From Macrostomum lignano (Eukaryota): a DNA stretch of 64,000 bases. The translations under genes and the position numbers were made by a program. The notes beneath the pieces are model-generated. The model worked only from the letters and a program-made list of their open reading frames with translations, was not told the origin of the DNA and ran no database searches. Shown piece by piece: positions 36,742 through 48,693 of this stretch. The DNA is taken from assembly GCA_002269645.1 (NCBI GenBank), contig NIVC01000652.1, positions 186,001-250,000 on the forward strand, given 5' to 3'. Within the stretch, counting starts at the first letter, position 1. Each line of letters starts with the position of its first letter.

Positions 36742-39259
36742 ATGGCCGCCGATGCAGTCGGGGACGACTTTTGCCTGCGCGGACTGAAGACCGAGCTGAG
36801 GTGAGGACTCTGACTGCTCTCCCTGAACTCCTCATCGCCCTCCCTGAACTCCTCATCGCCCTCCCTGAACTCCTCATCGCCCTCCCTGAACTCCTCATCG
36901 CCCTCCCTGAACTCCTCATCGCCCTCCCTGAACTCCTCATCGCCCTCCCTGAACTCCTCATCGCCCTCCCTGAACTCCTCATCGCCCTCCCTGAACTCCT
37001 CATCGCCCTCCCTGAACTCCTCATCGCCCTCCCTGAACTCCTCATCGCCCTCCCTGAACTCTTCATGGCACTCCTTGAATTCCTTTCAATCTCTCTCACC
37101 ATCACCCTCACTCACCCATCACCCTCACTCACCCATCACCCTCACTCACCCATCACCCTCACTCACCTACCACCCTCACTCACCCATCACCCTCACTCAC
37201 CTACCACCCTCACTCACCCATCACCCTCACTCACCCATCACCCTCACTTACCCATCACCCTCACTCACCCATCACCCTCACTCACCCATCACCCTCACTC
37301 ACCCATCACCCTCACTAACCCATCACCGCTACCCTCCACCAACTCCAACTCTGCTTACCCAGGCAGCCGCAGCTCCAGAACGGCTCGAGCGGCCAAACAC
37401 TTCAGGCCAGTCACGTGACTTTTGCAAAGAAAACTCGAGATCCGCGAGAAGCTCGGACCTCGGCGACTAACACTAAGCCGAAGGGGCTAAAAAGTCCTCG
37501 CCGACACGAAGTGCGCGAAATCCACAGTCTCAGCAGGTAACTGGGGGGGTACTTAGGATTAACGCGTCTGACATAAGCGCCGACTTACCTGGGTTTGATG
37601 CCGCATAAATTTGGGGCTCGTGAACAAAAATAAATTAGTCAGCGGCTTGCTGTACAATCTCAGAGCCCCAAGACAGAGGGTGTAACAACTCACCGCTGCA
37701 GGCCCGCGAGGACCTGCAGCAGCACCGGCTGAGCAATCAGCGGTCGCCGGTGCCCCCAGAAGAAGACCGGTGGTATCTGAAAGCGCCGCGCTACCTGGTC
37801 ACCGGTGAATACCCGGTGAACCGGCTTGACGGCCTGCCGGAACGACCGGTGGCCACGCCTGACGAGCGACGCGAGGGCCTCCTGGGTGGCCTGCTGGCTG
37901 CCTCGGACATCAGTCGGACCGCCGCTCTGACCGGCAAGGACCGCCAGCCAGCGCCGGCCTCAGATGCTCAGCGGCCGGCGCGGCCCGTGGACTTCGATCC
38001 GCTGGCCGCTGTGCACTTCCCCGCCACCCTGGGCGCCTCCTACCGCCTGCGCGAGCAGATCGAGGCCGCCGGGACCGCCGGGACCGCCGACCCCCGACTG
38101 ACCTTCTCGCCACCCGGCAGCGGCCTGCCCTACCCGCCCGACCCGTGGCGCCTGCGGACTCCGCACAACGCAGACGACTTCGTGCCGACTTTCCGCTCCG
38201 TTGGCGACCATCTGGCCGATGCGCTGCCGGCGGCCCGTCAGCAGCGCCAACTCCTGATGGCGGAGACCGCGCCAGACACTGGTGAGCTCCGAGTCTGGCA
38301 CTCTGGTCTAGCACTCTGTTGCACCAATCCTGGCACTCTGTTGCACCAATTCTGGCACTCTGTTGCACCAATTCTGGCACTCTGTTGCACCAATTCTGGC
38401 ACTCTGTTGCACCAATTCTGGCACTCTGTTGCACCAATTCTGGCACTCTGTTGCACCAATTCTGGCACTCTGTTGCACCAATTCTGGCACTCTGTTGCAC
38501 CAATTCTGGCACTCTGTTGCACCAATTCTGGCACTCTGTTGCACCAATTCTGGCACTCTGTTGCACCAATTCTGGCACTCTGTTGCACCAATTCTGGCAC
38601 TCTGTTGCACCAATTCTGGCACTCTGTTGCACCAATTCTGGCACTCTGTTGCACCAATTCTGGCACTCTGTCGCACCAATCCTGACACTTTATTGCACCA
38701 ATTCTGAGGTCGCCATCACAAACCTGAAGTATAATAAATCCGAAAACCAAAATAGCCTTGGGCATTGCTAGCACTTTCGGAATATAACTTGCAGAGTATA
38801 TCTGACCGCTCCTTCACCCTCGCAGCCGCAGCCGAGGTGTTCGTGTCCTTGCCCTACTCAGTGGAGCTCGCCAGACTTCGCATGCAGCGGCTGCGCATCG
38901 AGGAGGAGCTCCTGCTGGAGGTGAAGCGGCAGCAGCAGCTGGAGGAGACGGCACCACCGAAGAGCAAGTGGTGAGCGGCTCTGAGTAGCCTTGTTCAGCT
39001 AATCCTCAAGAGTCTTCGTATGATACTTGAAAAACTACTAAAATTACTCAGGTTCGAACTCAGGACGCCGCAGTTCCACTACGAGGCCCACAAGAACAAC
39101 CAGCTGGTGCGGGGCGGCGCCGAGCTGCCGGAATTCGACGACCAGCTGCTGGAGTTCAGGCGGCAGCTGGCGAGCAGCTCGGAGAAGTTCAAAGAGACAT
39201 TCGATGCGTACGCGAGGCTCCAGGCCGGTGACGCAACTGACGCAGCCAACTTGCAGTGA
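36742..39259 (+). CDS. Uncharacterised multi-exon protein
   Basis: Exons about 36742-36800, 37363-37536, (37677 or 37702)-38281, 38826-38970, 39052-39259. The last two junctions splice in phase (..PPKSKW|FELRTPQFHYEAHKNN..). The 5' exon phasing is uncertain. Confidence 0.65.
36819..37065. repeat. Intronic 21-bp minisatellite
   Basis: Unit CTCCCTGAACTCCTCATCGCC, about 11 copies. Confidence 0.92.
37092..37330. repeat. Intronic 17-bp minisatellite
   Basis: Unit CACTCACCCATCACCCT. The last unit carries CACTAAC just before the 37362 acceptor. Confidence 0.88.
38296..38706. repeat. Intronic 22-bp minisatellite
   Basis: Unit TGGCACTCTGTTGCACCAATTC, about 18 copies. Confidence 0.94.
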
Positions 39260-39552
39260 CCGCGGCGAGATTTGATGTAAAAGTGCTTCCATTAGCGACA
39301 GATAGACGAACATGTAAATCTATTTATTTATCAGTAGTTTTAAAGCCTAACTGTTCTTGTGTATTGCGCTCTCTATAGATTTAACGTGTGTGCTAGTTTT
39401 AACAAGTTCATGTGGCTAATCAAATAATAACCCGCTAAAATGCTCTCATTTTAATCATTTTGGATTTTGTTTACAAGCTTGAAGCTTGAAATTAATTAAA
39501 CCGAATAGAAAATAAACTAAGCATTCATTAACATGGGATGGAAAATGTTGAG

Positions 39553-39875
39553 GTGGGAATATCGGGGTGGGGAATAGCGGGGTGGTGAATATCTGGGTGG
39601 GGATTATCGGGGTGGGGAATAGCGGGGTGGGGAATATCGGGGTGGGGAATATCGGGGTGGGGAATAGCGGGGTGGGGAATATCGGGTGGGGAATATCGGG
39701 GTGGGGAATAGCGGGGTGGGGAATAGCGGGGTGGGGAATATCGGGGTGGGGAATAGCGGGGTGGGGAATATCGGGGTGGGGAATAACGGGGTGGGGAGTA
39801 GCGTCGTGGGGAATAGTGGGTGGGGAATAGCGTCGTGGAGAAAATTGGGATTGGGAATAGCGGGGTGGGGAATAC
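39553..39875 (+). repeat. 15-bp G-rich minisatellite (G-quadruplex potential)
   Basis: Unit GGGGAATA(T/G)CGGGGT. Confidence 0.88.
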
Positions 39876-40154
39876 TGCCAACACACTTTGTACATGCACG
39901 AACTGTTTAAATGGTTGATTGAGCAACAAGTAAGAATTGAGGGTGCTTCTCAACTGCAAGTTTAGGTGTGCCAAAATGTTCAAGCACTGATCATGCAGGA
40001 ACAGGCGATGTTTTCACCAGAGTGGCAACCAGTGACAGCAGGTTGTGCACTTGTAATTTTATGCCACACTGTACATGCAGCTTCTAGTTGATCTAGGCTA
40101 GTAGGATGTCTGATAGGCTTGATTTACAATGAGTTCAAAGGAGAGATACGCATA

Positions 40155-40767
40155 CACTCAGCAACAGTCGAAACCGCCACCCTGCCGAGAGAGGCGAATT
40201 CTCTCTCACCTCAACTGCAAGTGACGTAACTTGCGCCACGGCGTGGCTAAAGCTGGGTGAGAGTGAATTCCAGGGTGAGAGTACAAAAGGGACTGGGGTT
40301 GGGGGTGCAACAGTACACGTGACAATGGTCAGGCATATGACAGACGCTGAACGATGGCGCGCTGTTGGCATGCTAGAAGCTGGTGCATCCATCAGCGCAG
40401 TTGCTCGGTCGAAATCCGACCGCGCCAGCCACCCTGCTCCGTCTAATGTGGGGTGAAAGAAGCAGATGGGGCATCCCCTGATTGCCCTCTCCTGCATTCA
40501 CTCTCACCCAGCTTTAGCCACGTGGCTATAGAGATGAGGGATACTCAACAACTAAAAAGTCGCCACCTTTGAGAGTGCGCAGTTGAGATGGGTGATGAGG
40601 GATTGGGAAGAACGGAGAGCGAAGATTGGGTGGATTGAAGCTTCCGCCCGGTTTTCATTGTTTTTTCAGCATTTTTAATATCAAAATGGTTGCCCAGGTG
40701 ATGGACACTGCTCGAAAGACACTGCTCACTGGGGCGAAGTGTGGCGACATTTCAATGTTGCTGAGTA
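40155..40767. mobile_element. TA-flanked MITE, copy 1
   Basis: TIR (C/T)ACTCAGCAACA / TGTTGCTGAGTA with TA flanks. Internal 40555-40767 is homologous to 58698-58981. Confidence 0.7.
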
Positions 40768-41058
40768 TATGTACGAGTAATAAGCATCGCACAACCTGCA
40801 CATGAGGCAGAGCTACACGTAGTACTTTTTCAAGAAATTCAAGGTAAGCCATTAGTTTCGCAGCTGCACTTCTGGCACGCGCGCATCTGCGGCAGCGGCA
40901 GCACAGAAAGCCAGCCGCTTTGCACCATAGACACTGCCGTCAGTCCTCTTTGACTTCCTCTGACCAAATAGCTTGGCTTGCAGTGGCAGCATCTGCCTTT
41001 GCACTATCAGACCGAGTGTAAGCAGCCTTGGCGGACCGTAGCTCGTGGCTCATATTTC

Positions 41059-42597
41059 ATGTTAGGGACATCGAGCGCTCAGGACGGCCACAGGAGGAAA
41101 AACGGGCTACATGAACTCCGCCACATGGCTCAGTACTCCCGCACTAATCTCATAGTGAACTATTTGCCACAGAGACTCACGGACGATGAATTTCGCTCGC
41201 TGTTCAGCTGCGTTGCGCCAGTCAAGCGGGCCAAGGTGTGTCGCGACAAGCGCTCAGGCTACAGCTTCGGCTTCGGCTTCTGCGAATTCTACCTGCCAGA
41301 GGACGCCTCGCGCGCCATTCACACCCTCAACGGGCACCGGCTGCACCACAAGACGCTGAAAGTCGCCTACGCTCGGCTGCAGAGCGCCGAGTCAAAAAAC
41401 TGCTGCCTGCACCTGACCAACCTGCCAGCCTGGGTCGCCGCCGAGGACATCCGGCGGGTTCTGGCTCCCTTCGGCGGCATCATCAGTTGCAAGATTCTGG
41501 CCGATCCGCAGGGCCGGTCGCGCGGCATCGGCTTCTGCCTGTTCGAGACGCACACGGCCGCGTCGCAGGCCATGGAGGCCATGAACCAGAAACCGTGGCC
41601 GGACACAACCGAGCCGCTAATCCACATCCGGTTCGCGCACCCCAACGAGAAAAAGGTGAGAGCGCCTGCGCTTCATTTGCAGCAGCAGCAGCAGCAGCAG
41701 CCAGCGCACCAGAACCAGCAGCATAACAGCTATGTGCAGCAGCAACAGCAGCAACTGTTGCACCAGCAGCAAGCTGCCTGCTGCCCAGAACAGCAGCAAC
41801 AACAACAACAACAGCAGCAGCAGCAGCAGATGCTGGTACAGCCGCAGCAGATGTGGGGGTGCTGCCAGCAGCAGCCCATGTTGCAGTACCAATGCCCGCA
41901 CCCTCTCATGCGTGCGGCCCTCGCTTACCCGCTGCCAACGGGTCCGCTGCTGCTGCCGCAGCCGCAGCCGCCACCGCCGCCGCCGCCAGCCTACATGGAG
42001 TTTCGCGTCTGCGCTTCAAACCTCAGCCCGATGCTGGACGACTTGCAGCTCTACGGCCTCTTTGCGCCGTTCGGCGGCATTCTGGAGTTCTCCGTGGCCA
42101 GGCCCGAGCCGCTGCCGCAGCCTCCGCCACCGCCTCCGCCGCCGGTTGTTGATCCAACCAGCACCGAGTCTCAGGCTGATGCGTCCGCTTCCGGCTACGC
42201 CTCCGGCGAAGACTGCGCTGGCGTCGGCAACGAGGCGGATCCCGGAGGCGGAGGCAGCGAAGGCAGTGGAAATGCCGGCGAAGCGAAAGACGACGCAGGC
42301 TGCAACGGCGTGACAGGGGAGCCGTCGGCGCAGCAGCTTTCGCAGCAATCGCCGGAGCCAACCGCTGCAGAAGAGGCAATTAACTCAACTGCGCCAGGAG
42401 ACAACGGCTCCTCGGCTTCGACGCTGCACATGCAGATGTCGCTGACGGTTTATGTAACCTTCAACAACTACCAGTCCGCTGCTGGCGCTGTTTTCAGTCT
42501 GAACGGCCAGTTCATCCACGGCCAGCAGGTTCAGGTTGCCATGCGGATGCTCGATCCGCCCATGTCGGAGAGTGGCGACCTGTGCGTGTACCAGTGA
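41059..42597 (+). CDS. ELAVL: Divergent intronless ELAV/Hu/Sxl-family RNA-binding protein (3 RRMs, polyQ hinge)
   Basis: TNLIVNYLPQ...FRSLF...RDKRSGYSFGFGFCEF...AIHTLNG..LHHKTLKVAYAR is an ELAV RRM1. RRM2 and a split RRM3 (..AVFSLNG..HGQQVQV) follow. First in-frame ATG at 41059, second at 41125; the track start at 40978 is TTG. Confidence 0.85.
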   Translation: MLGTSSAQDGHRRKNGLHELRHMAQYSRTNLIVNYLPQRLTDDEFRSLFSCVAPVKRAKVCRDKRSGYSFGFGFCEFYLPEDASRAIHTLNGHRLHHKTLKVAYARLQSAESKNCCLHLTNLPAWVAAEDIRRVLAPFGGIISCKILADPQGRSRGIGFCLFETHTAASQAMEAMNQKPWPDTTEPLIHIRFAHPNEKKVRAPALHLQQQQQQQPAHQNQQHNSYVQQQQQQLLHQQQAACCPEQQQQQQQQQQQQQMLVQPQQMWGCCQQQPMLQYQCPHPLMRAALAYPLPTGPLLLPQPQPPPPPPPAYMEFRVCASNLSPMLDDLQLYGLFAPFGGILEFSVARPEPLPQPPPPPPPPVVDPTSTESQADASASGYASGEDCAGVGNEADPGGGGSEGSGNAGEAKDDAGCNGVTGEPSAQQLSQQSPEPTAAEEAINSTAPGDNGSSASTLHMQMSLTVYVTFNNYQSAAGAVFSLNGQFIHGQQVQVAMRMLDPPMSESGDLCVYQ

Positions 42598-42981
42598 GGC
42601 ATGGCTGCAGCGAATACCGCAAATTGACCACTGAGTCTGGAAAGCCAGTCACATTTGGGTCTGTTTTTTTTCCTGATAGACCAGCCCATTGATCCTTGAA
42701 GAGGGCAGAAGTTGTCTATTTTTGGTTCCACTGTTTTTTGTCAAATCATTTGCAAATCCTTTAAAAAACTGTAAAACAGCAAGCATGAATGGCAACGCAA
42801 AAAATATAATGATTGCCGCAGATTTTTTTCGCTGCGTACCGGTATGCACTTTTATTTTGAAAAATTTCGCCACACGGTTTCAGCATCAATTTCAATTTTT
42901 CAATTTTATCATTCGTAATGATGGAGTTGCACGTATACATACAACAGTATGCAATTCATTCTCCAGCTCTGGGTGCATTGG

Positions 42982-43260
42982 GGGGGGGCATCACAAACCC
43001 GAAAAATCATAACTCCGAAATTGATAGCAACGCACATCATAAACCCGAAATATCATAAACCCGAAATAGCATAAACCCGAAATATCATAACTCCGAAATT
43101 GCTAGCAACGCACATCATAAACCCGAAAAATCACAAACCCGAAATATCATATCTCCGAAAGTTCTAGCAATGTCCAACACTATTTTGGTTTTCGAAGTTA
43201 TGATATTTCGGGTTTGTAATATTTCGGAGTTGTGATTTTTCGGGTTTATGATGGCGACCC
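42982..43260. mobile_element. MITE-like element with subterminal CATAAACCCGAAA repeats in inverted orientation
   Basis: CATCA(C/T)AAACCCGAAAAATCA.AACTCCGAAA at the left end; its reverse complement at 43200-43255. Confidence 0.6.
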
Positions 43261-44949
43261 GGTGCATGTACTGTATATGCACATGTACATGTATCTTGAG
43301 ACAGCGGTCCAGGTCGAATTTTTTGCTATCTCTCTCAAGTTTGCGTGTACTCAAATCTATAGACCCGGGATATCCAGGTCCCTCCTCGATGACTCATCGG
43401 ATAACTCATCCCTATCGCTTTACCTGCTCCTTTTCATCCCCATACATTTTTCCTCCAACCCAATGAACTCCCATTCCCGCAAACTTATTTCCTACTCGTG
43501 ACTTTTCCATTTTGCCCATCCACTTACACCCACACCCACCCCATTTTTTTAGCCAATCACAGTACGGCTGGACAGGAGACGTCACTCGACTGCTAGGCAA
43601 TCCCAAGTCAAGGACACGCGTGTGATGCGAGATCCCAGCTAGATATAACGAGATACCTGGCATGTCTCAGCTCTCAGTTGTCTTCGATCCCCGGCCAGAC
43701 AAAATCAAGACTGATCAAGTGAGCTGTGTGTGCATGTATGAAGTATTTGCGACTTCAAACTTTTATATTACAGGCGGTATAGCATGTGTGTACTAGCTAG
43801 TATTCAAAAGCTAATATATAGATTTTAAAATAGATCTTAGGCCCTAGGATATTGCAGGGACATTTGAATCATTGCTGTGCTAAACTGCCAAAGATTTATA
43901 TAATTAAGATTGATATTGAAAATTTTGCCGCTGAAAAACTTCGTGTGGGCAAACTTCGGCGGGTAATTTGCCGACAGGAAAATCTCATATAAGAACCCTC
44001 AATCTACACATGGATCTACCTCGAAAATAAGTGCTACAGCAGAAATAGAAAATTCACTTCATTATCGAATCTTAAATCCATTTGTACATTTTCTTCCAAT
44101 TTCTTAATCACGTCCAGCTACAGACTGTAAGAGTCGAGTGCTGTTGCAGCAGACATGGATCGAAGAGAAGCTGAGTTTCTATTTTTTTCTTTTGTAAAAT
44201 CAACATTGTACTAGCTTTAAATCCTATTGTAAAATAGTACCGTAAAAATAAGTACTGTATGCCTAAATTACAAATATTCATAGCCAGTCTGTGCATTACA
44301 AAGCAATCCTGGAAGGTTATACTCGACCGTAGAGGTATATACAAGCAAGCCGCTATATGGAGGCAATCTAGTTATTAGCGCCTCTTTACGAAGGGTTCAT
44401 TTTCCTACCAATTCTCTTAAAAAGGACCTTGACTAAAAAACTTGTGTCTTATCAATTTTTTTGCAAAAATCTGAAGTCTGATTTCATTGTGTTTTAATGA
44501 TTTATTCTGTTCATCGTTTTAAACGCCTCATGTGGCACACTTTTAAAATTTCACTGCTATCGCGCGCAGTTTTTAAGTACAATTAAACTAGCTGGCCTAC
44601 CTACTTGTTAGTTTGTAGCCAAGGCAAAAAGAGTTACTCAGTGTTATCGGTACTTTAGAAAGAATTTCGTTATAAATAACTCTTAGAACTCAATCTTGGT
44701 CCTAAAAAAGCCTTTGTTAACAGTTAGCTTATGCCTTTGCACGGAGAGAAAAAGAAAAGAAAGGAAAGAGAAAAGTAAACGAAAAAAAAGTACAGAAAAA
44801 AAAAACAGAGACTAGGCCTATGTCACAGCCAGATGCAACTAAATTGCAATCAAAAGCAAATAAGTTGCAATCTTTGGGAAAAACTAAGTTGTATCAGTTG
44901 GATAAAATTTAAAAGTTGGACATGCATATCCATAGTCAGGAAGGTGGCA

Positions 44950-45490
44950 GAGTGTGCGCCGGAACAAATTTTGGCCTCTCCCAAAATTGTGCGCCGTGCG
45001 CCGACACAAAAACTCTCGTGTGCGCCGTTGTGCGCCCGCCACTACCTGCCTTGCGACAATAAAAGACCTTTTTTTGAGAAATTGAGATCGTTAAACCGAA
45101 AATAGAAATTTAAAAAATTTTTAATTTAATTTCTAATTTTTAAAACAAAACAAACATAAAAAGTAAGCAAATGGCAAAAACAAAGGTAAAAAGGAAAAGG
45201 AAAATATTTTATTTTATTTTTTATTTTTTGGTAGAATGCAGTGTTACATTAGATACAACAGTGAATAGTGTACTGTAACAAGTAACGACTTACATCGTTA
45301 CATGGGATCGCCACAAGGGTAACGCTGCATGTGGCGCGGCGCCCGCCGCGCCGCGCCGCCATGCTCGGGTGTCCTCTGGTGTGCGCCGTTGTGCGCCGCT
45401 GTGCGCCAGTGCGCCGCTGTGCGCTGTTGTGGCGCGCCGCTGTGCGCCGTTGTGCGCCGTTGTGTGCCCAAAAAGGGCTTGTGTGCGCCG
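44950..45490. repeat. Clusters of TGTGCGCCG motifs (probable transposon subterminal repeats)
   Basis: Motif clusters at about 44950-45040 and 45330-45490; ends not defined. Confidence 0.4.
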
Positions 45491-46984
45491 GAATTTTCCG
45501 ACCAAACTGCCACCTTCATGACTATGGATGCATATATGGATCAATGCATATAGACTATGTCGCCCAAGGGGGGATAGCCTGGGATAGTCACCCTCCTTAA
45601 GCGAAGACTGGAAAAAATTCTAAGAGGAAACCAAGCAAATTTTCACAAAAACAGAGCCATCCTTCTACCCCCTCTTCTGAGTCTTTTCCCTCTAGAATCT
45701 GCCCCCCCCCTCAAAAATTTTCTGATTGCACTATTGCCTAGTGATGCACAAAAGTATCTTTAATTTTTAATATATTGCTACTTCAAAATTCAAAATTTGA
45801 AATTTGTTTGATTTTTATATTGCCTTTATTTATACTCTAGTCTAAGTCTAGATCATGGGCATGACAGGTTAGATTACTATAATGAAAAAAATCTTGTTTT
45901 AAAATTTTAAAATTTTAAATTTTATCATTAGGCTATGCTAAGACTAAAAGTAAAATTGCTTTTCTATCAACTTTTTAATCTTTTCAAAAAGGTTAAGATA
46001 AATTTGCCTAGCATTTTATGGAATAATAATATTAAAGTTTCAGTTTTTGTAGGCTTTTAAATTTTTCTATTTGTTTTTTAATAGGCTATATTTTAGATAA
46101 AAATCATCCAAGTCCCAATAAAGTGAAAACCACCTTAGACTTATACAAAATAGTTAGATATTAAATTGACTATTTTAAATTTTATAAATGTTATCGGTTC
46201 TTCTGTTTTAATGGAATTTAGATATTATTAACAGTTACATACTATTTTCATTTTAGTTTTATTTATGTTTGAAAGAGCTTTTTGATAAAAATTTAGTTTT
46301 ATTAATTTATATATTAATTGGTATACACAATAATGGTGTATATACTAATATTAGACATGTAAATTCTATAAAACAAATTGTTCTTCTTAATAAGGAGCAA
46401 AAATATGTTAACATTTTCTAGCATAAAGGCTCTTAGACTATAGAAAAGATTCATTCCTAATTATACAATAAAATAAAAAGATATAACTATAAAATAAACA
46501 TTTATATTTTAATTCCAAAATTTATAGCCTAATAGCAAATTGTGCAAAATATGCAAAATAAACTAATAAATCATTATTAATACTTTTCTTTGGTCTATTG
46601 ATCCTTTTATAGGTTTTTAATTCTACAGATAGTAGACTCATTATATATTCCTATATGCTACAACCCAATCTAACCCAATCATGTTCAGCTTTATATGCTC
46701 TTAAAATATCTGATAATTTATATGCTAAATTAATTTCTTTTATATTGCTATCAAAGAAAGCAATCTAAAAACTCTTATTATTAAAAATACCCATTGTTCA
46801 CATTCAACTAATTTAAAATTTCAAGTCCCTTTAAATGTATTCACTGATATTGGTCAATCTTTCTCTAAAATAACCTTTCTTTTGTGGGCCACAAACCTTC
46901 CAGATTCTTAGTTGCACCTAATAATCTGCCTTTTGCTGTAATTTGCCTTCTTAGATCCTCAATTGCTGATCCACTGCCAACCAT

Positions 46985-47585
46985 TAGGTCCTCAGTTGCT
47001 AGGCCACCACAACTCCCAGATCCTCAGTTGCTAGGCCACCACCCCTAGATCCTCAGTTGCTAGGCCACCACAACTCCCAGATCCTCAGTTGCTAGACCAC
47101 CACCCCTAGATCCTCAGTTGCTAGGCCACCACAACTCCCAGATCCTCAGTTGCTAGACCACCACCCCTAGATCCTCAGTTGCTAGGCCACAACAACTCCC
47201 AGATCCTCAGTTGCTAGGCCACCACCCCTAGATCCTCAGTTGCTAGGCCACCACCCCTAGATTCCCAGTTGCTGGGCCACCACAACTCCCAGATCCTCAG
47301 TTGCTAGACCACCACCCCTAGATCCTCAGTTGCTAGCCCACCACAATTCCCAGATCCTCAGTTGCAAGGCCACCACCCTAGATCCTCAGTTGCTAGGCCA
47401 CCACAACTCCCAGATCCTCAGTTGCTAGGCCACCACAACTCCCAAATCCTCAGTTGTGAGGACACCACCCCTAGATCCTCAGTTGCTAGGCCACCACAAC
47501 TCCCAGATCCTCAGTTGCTAGGCCACCACAACTCCCAGATCCTCAGTTGCTAGGCCACCACAACTCCCAGATCCTCAGTTGCTGA
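46985..47585. repeat. 29/32-bp minisatellite
   Basis: Units AGATCCTCAGTTGCTAGGCCACCACAACTCCC and AGATCCTCAGTTGCTAGGCCACCACCCCT, often alternating. Confidence 0.92.
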
Positions 47586-48693
47586 GACTTTCACCATAGT
47601 GGAGGCCTTCCAAAGGCTAAGAATTCAGTCTAGTAAAGTTCTTTACAACTAGATAATGACTGTAGAACGAAGTACTTCAGTTCAGTAATTAATGCGCCAA
47701 TTAGCGGCCCAGCTCTTGAACTTATGTGCAACTAAACAGAGCTTGCAAGCCCGCAGCTCCGTCCCAGTCCCAATACAAACCGATTCCCCCGCTGCACTGA
47801 GCACACAACACTGGCTGCCCCCCGCTGACTTAGTCAAACTTGAGCCACTTTGGATGCGCTGCAAGACTTGGGCCGGGGAAGGGGTGGCGGACGGGAGAGT
47901 TTTTCAAGTGTCTGTTGAGTTGGGCGCCTCTTCCTCCCCCCGTCTCGATAAGTCGATAATTTTTGTGCTGCAGAGCAAGGGAGGAGAGCGCATTGGGGAG
48001 GCACTTGCCTCGCATAGTCAAGTGGAAAATTGAAGCAGTTGGTAGTAGCTGCAAATTTTGGCTTGCATATTTTTTTATGCCATATTAGCGAGAGTGAGTA
48101 GCCCGGGGCTGGCTCTCTCCTGGTTTGGCTGTTCGAACTCCGACTCGAAATCGATACGGGGCTACGCGTTTAAGCTGCCTATTTATTCATTTGACGGGGC
48201 TGTCTGCGAGACGCGAACTACCGCGCGGGGGTAAGCATTCTTAGTTTCTGCTTCTAGAAGTAGAGGGCATGTCCTGGGCGTGCTGCAACTGTGCTCCAGT
48301 TTTCAGCCAGCAGCAGGGTGGATCGTGACAGAGGGGAGGGCGAGGACGGCAGGCAGGCAGAAACAATTGGATAGGGAAGCTCCGGGAATATCGGAGTGCA
48401 GGGAAATGCCTTTCTTTGAATAAGAGATATTTTCTTTTTCTAAGCTTCCCAATGCTACACGTATTCCCCCCGTCTTCCACCCACTCGCTCTGGCGATTGC
48501 TTTGTCTTGAACAAATTTCTTTAAGAACAGCAGTAAGGCAGTTTCCAAGTGTCCGCCTCACTGAGAACTGACCCTGAATTTGCCCCATGCTGTAATTGAA
48601 ACTTCATTGCAGCCAGCGGCTAGGCGAGATGTCAATATGCGCCGACGCCTAACGGCACCGCTTGACCTCAGCTGACCCCCCGCCGCCCCGGCC

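Noticed and set aside
40978-41058. N-terminal extension of the ELAV-like ORF
   Set aside because: Starts at TTG; the first in-frame ATG is 41059.
47682-48588. Short ORFs upstream of UGCG
   Set aside because: No recognisable domain and no consistent splice pattern; likely promoter or UTR.
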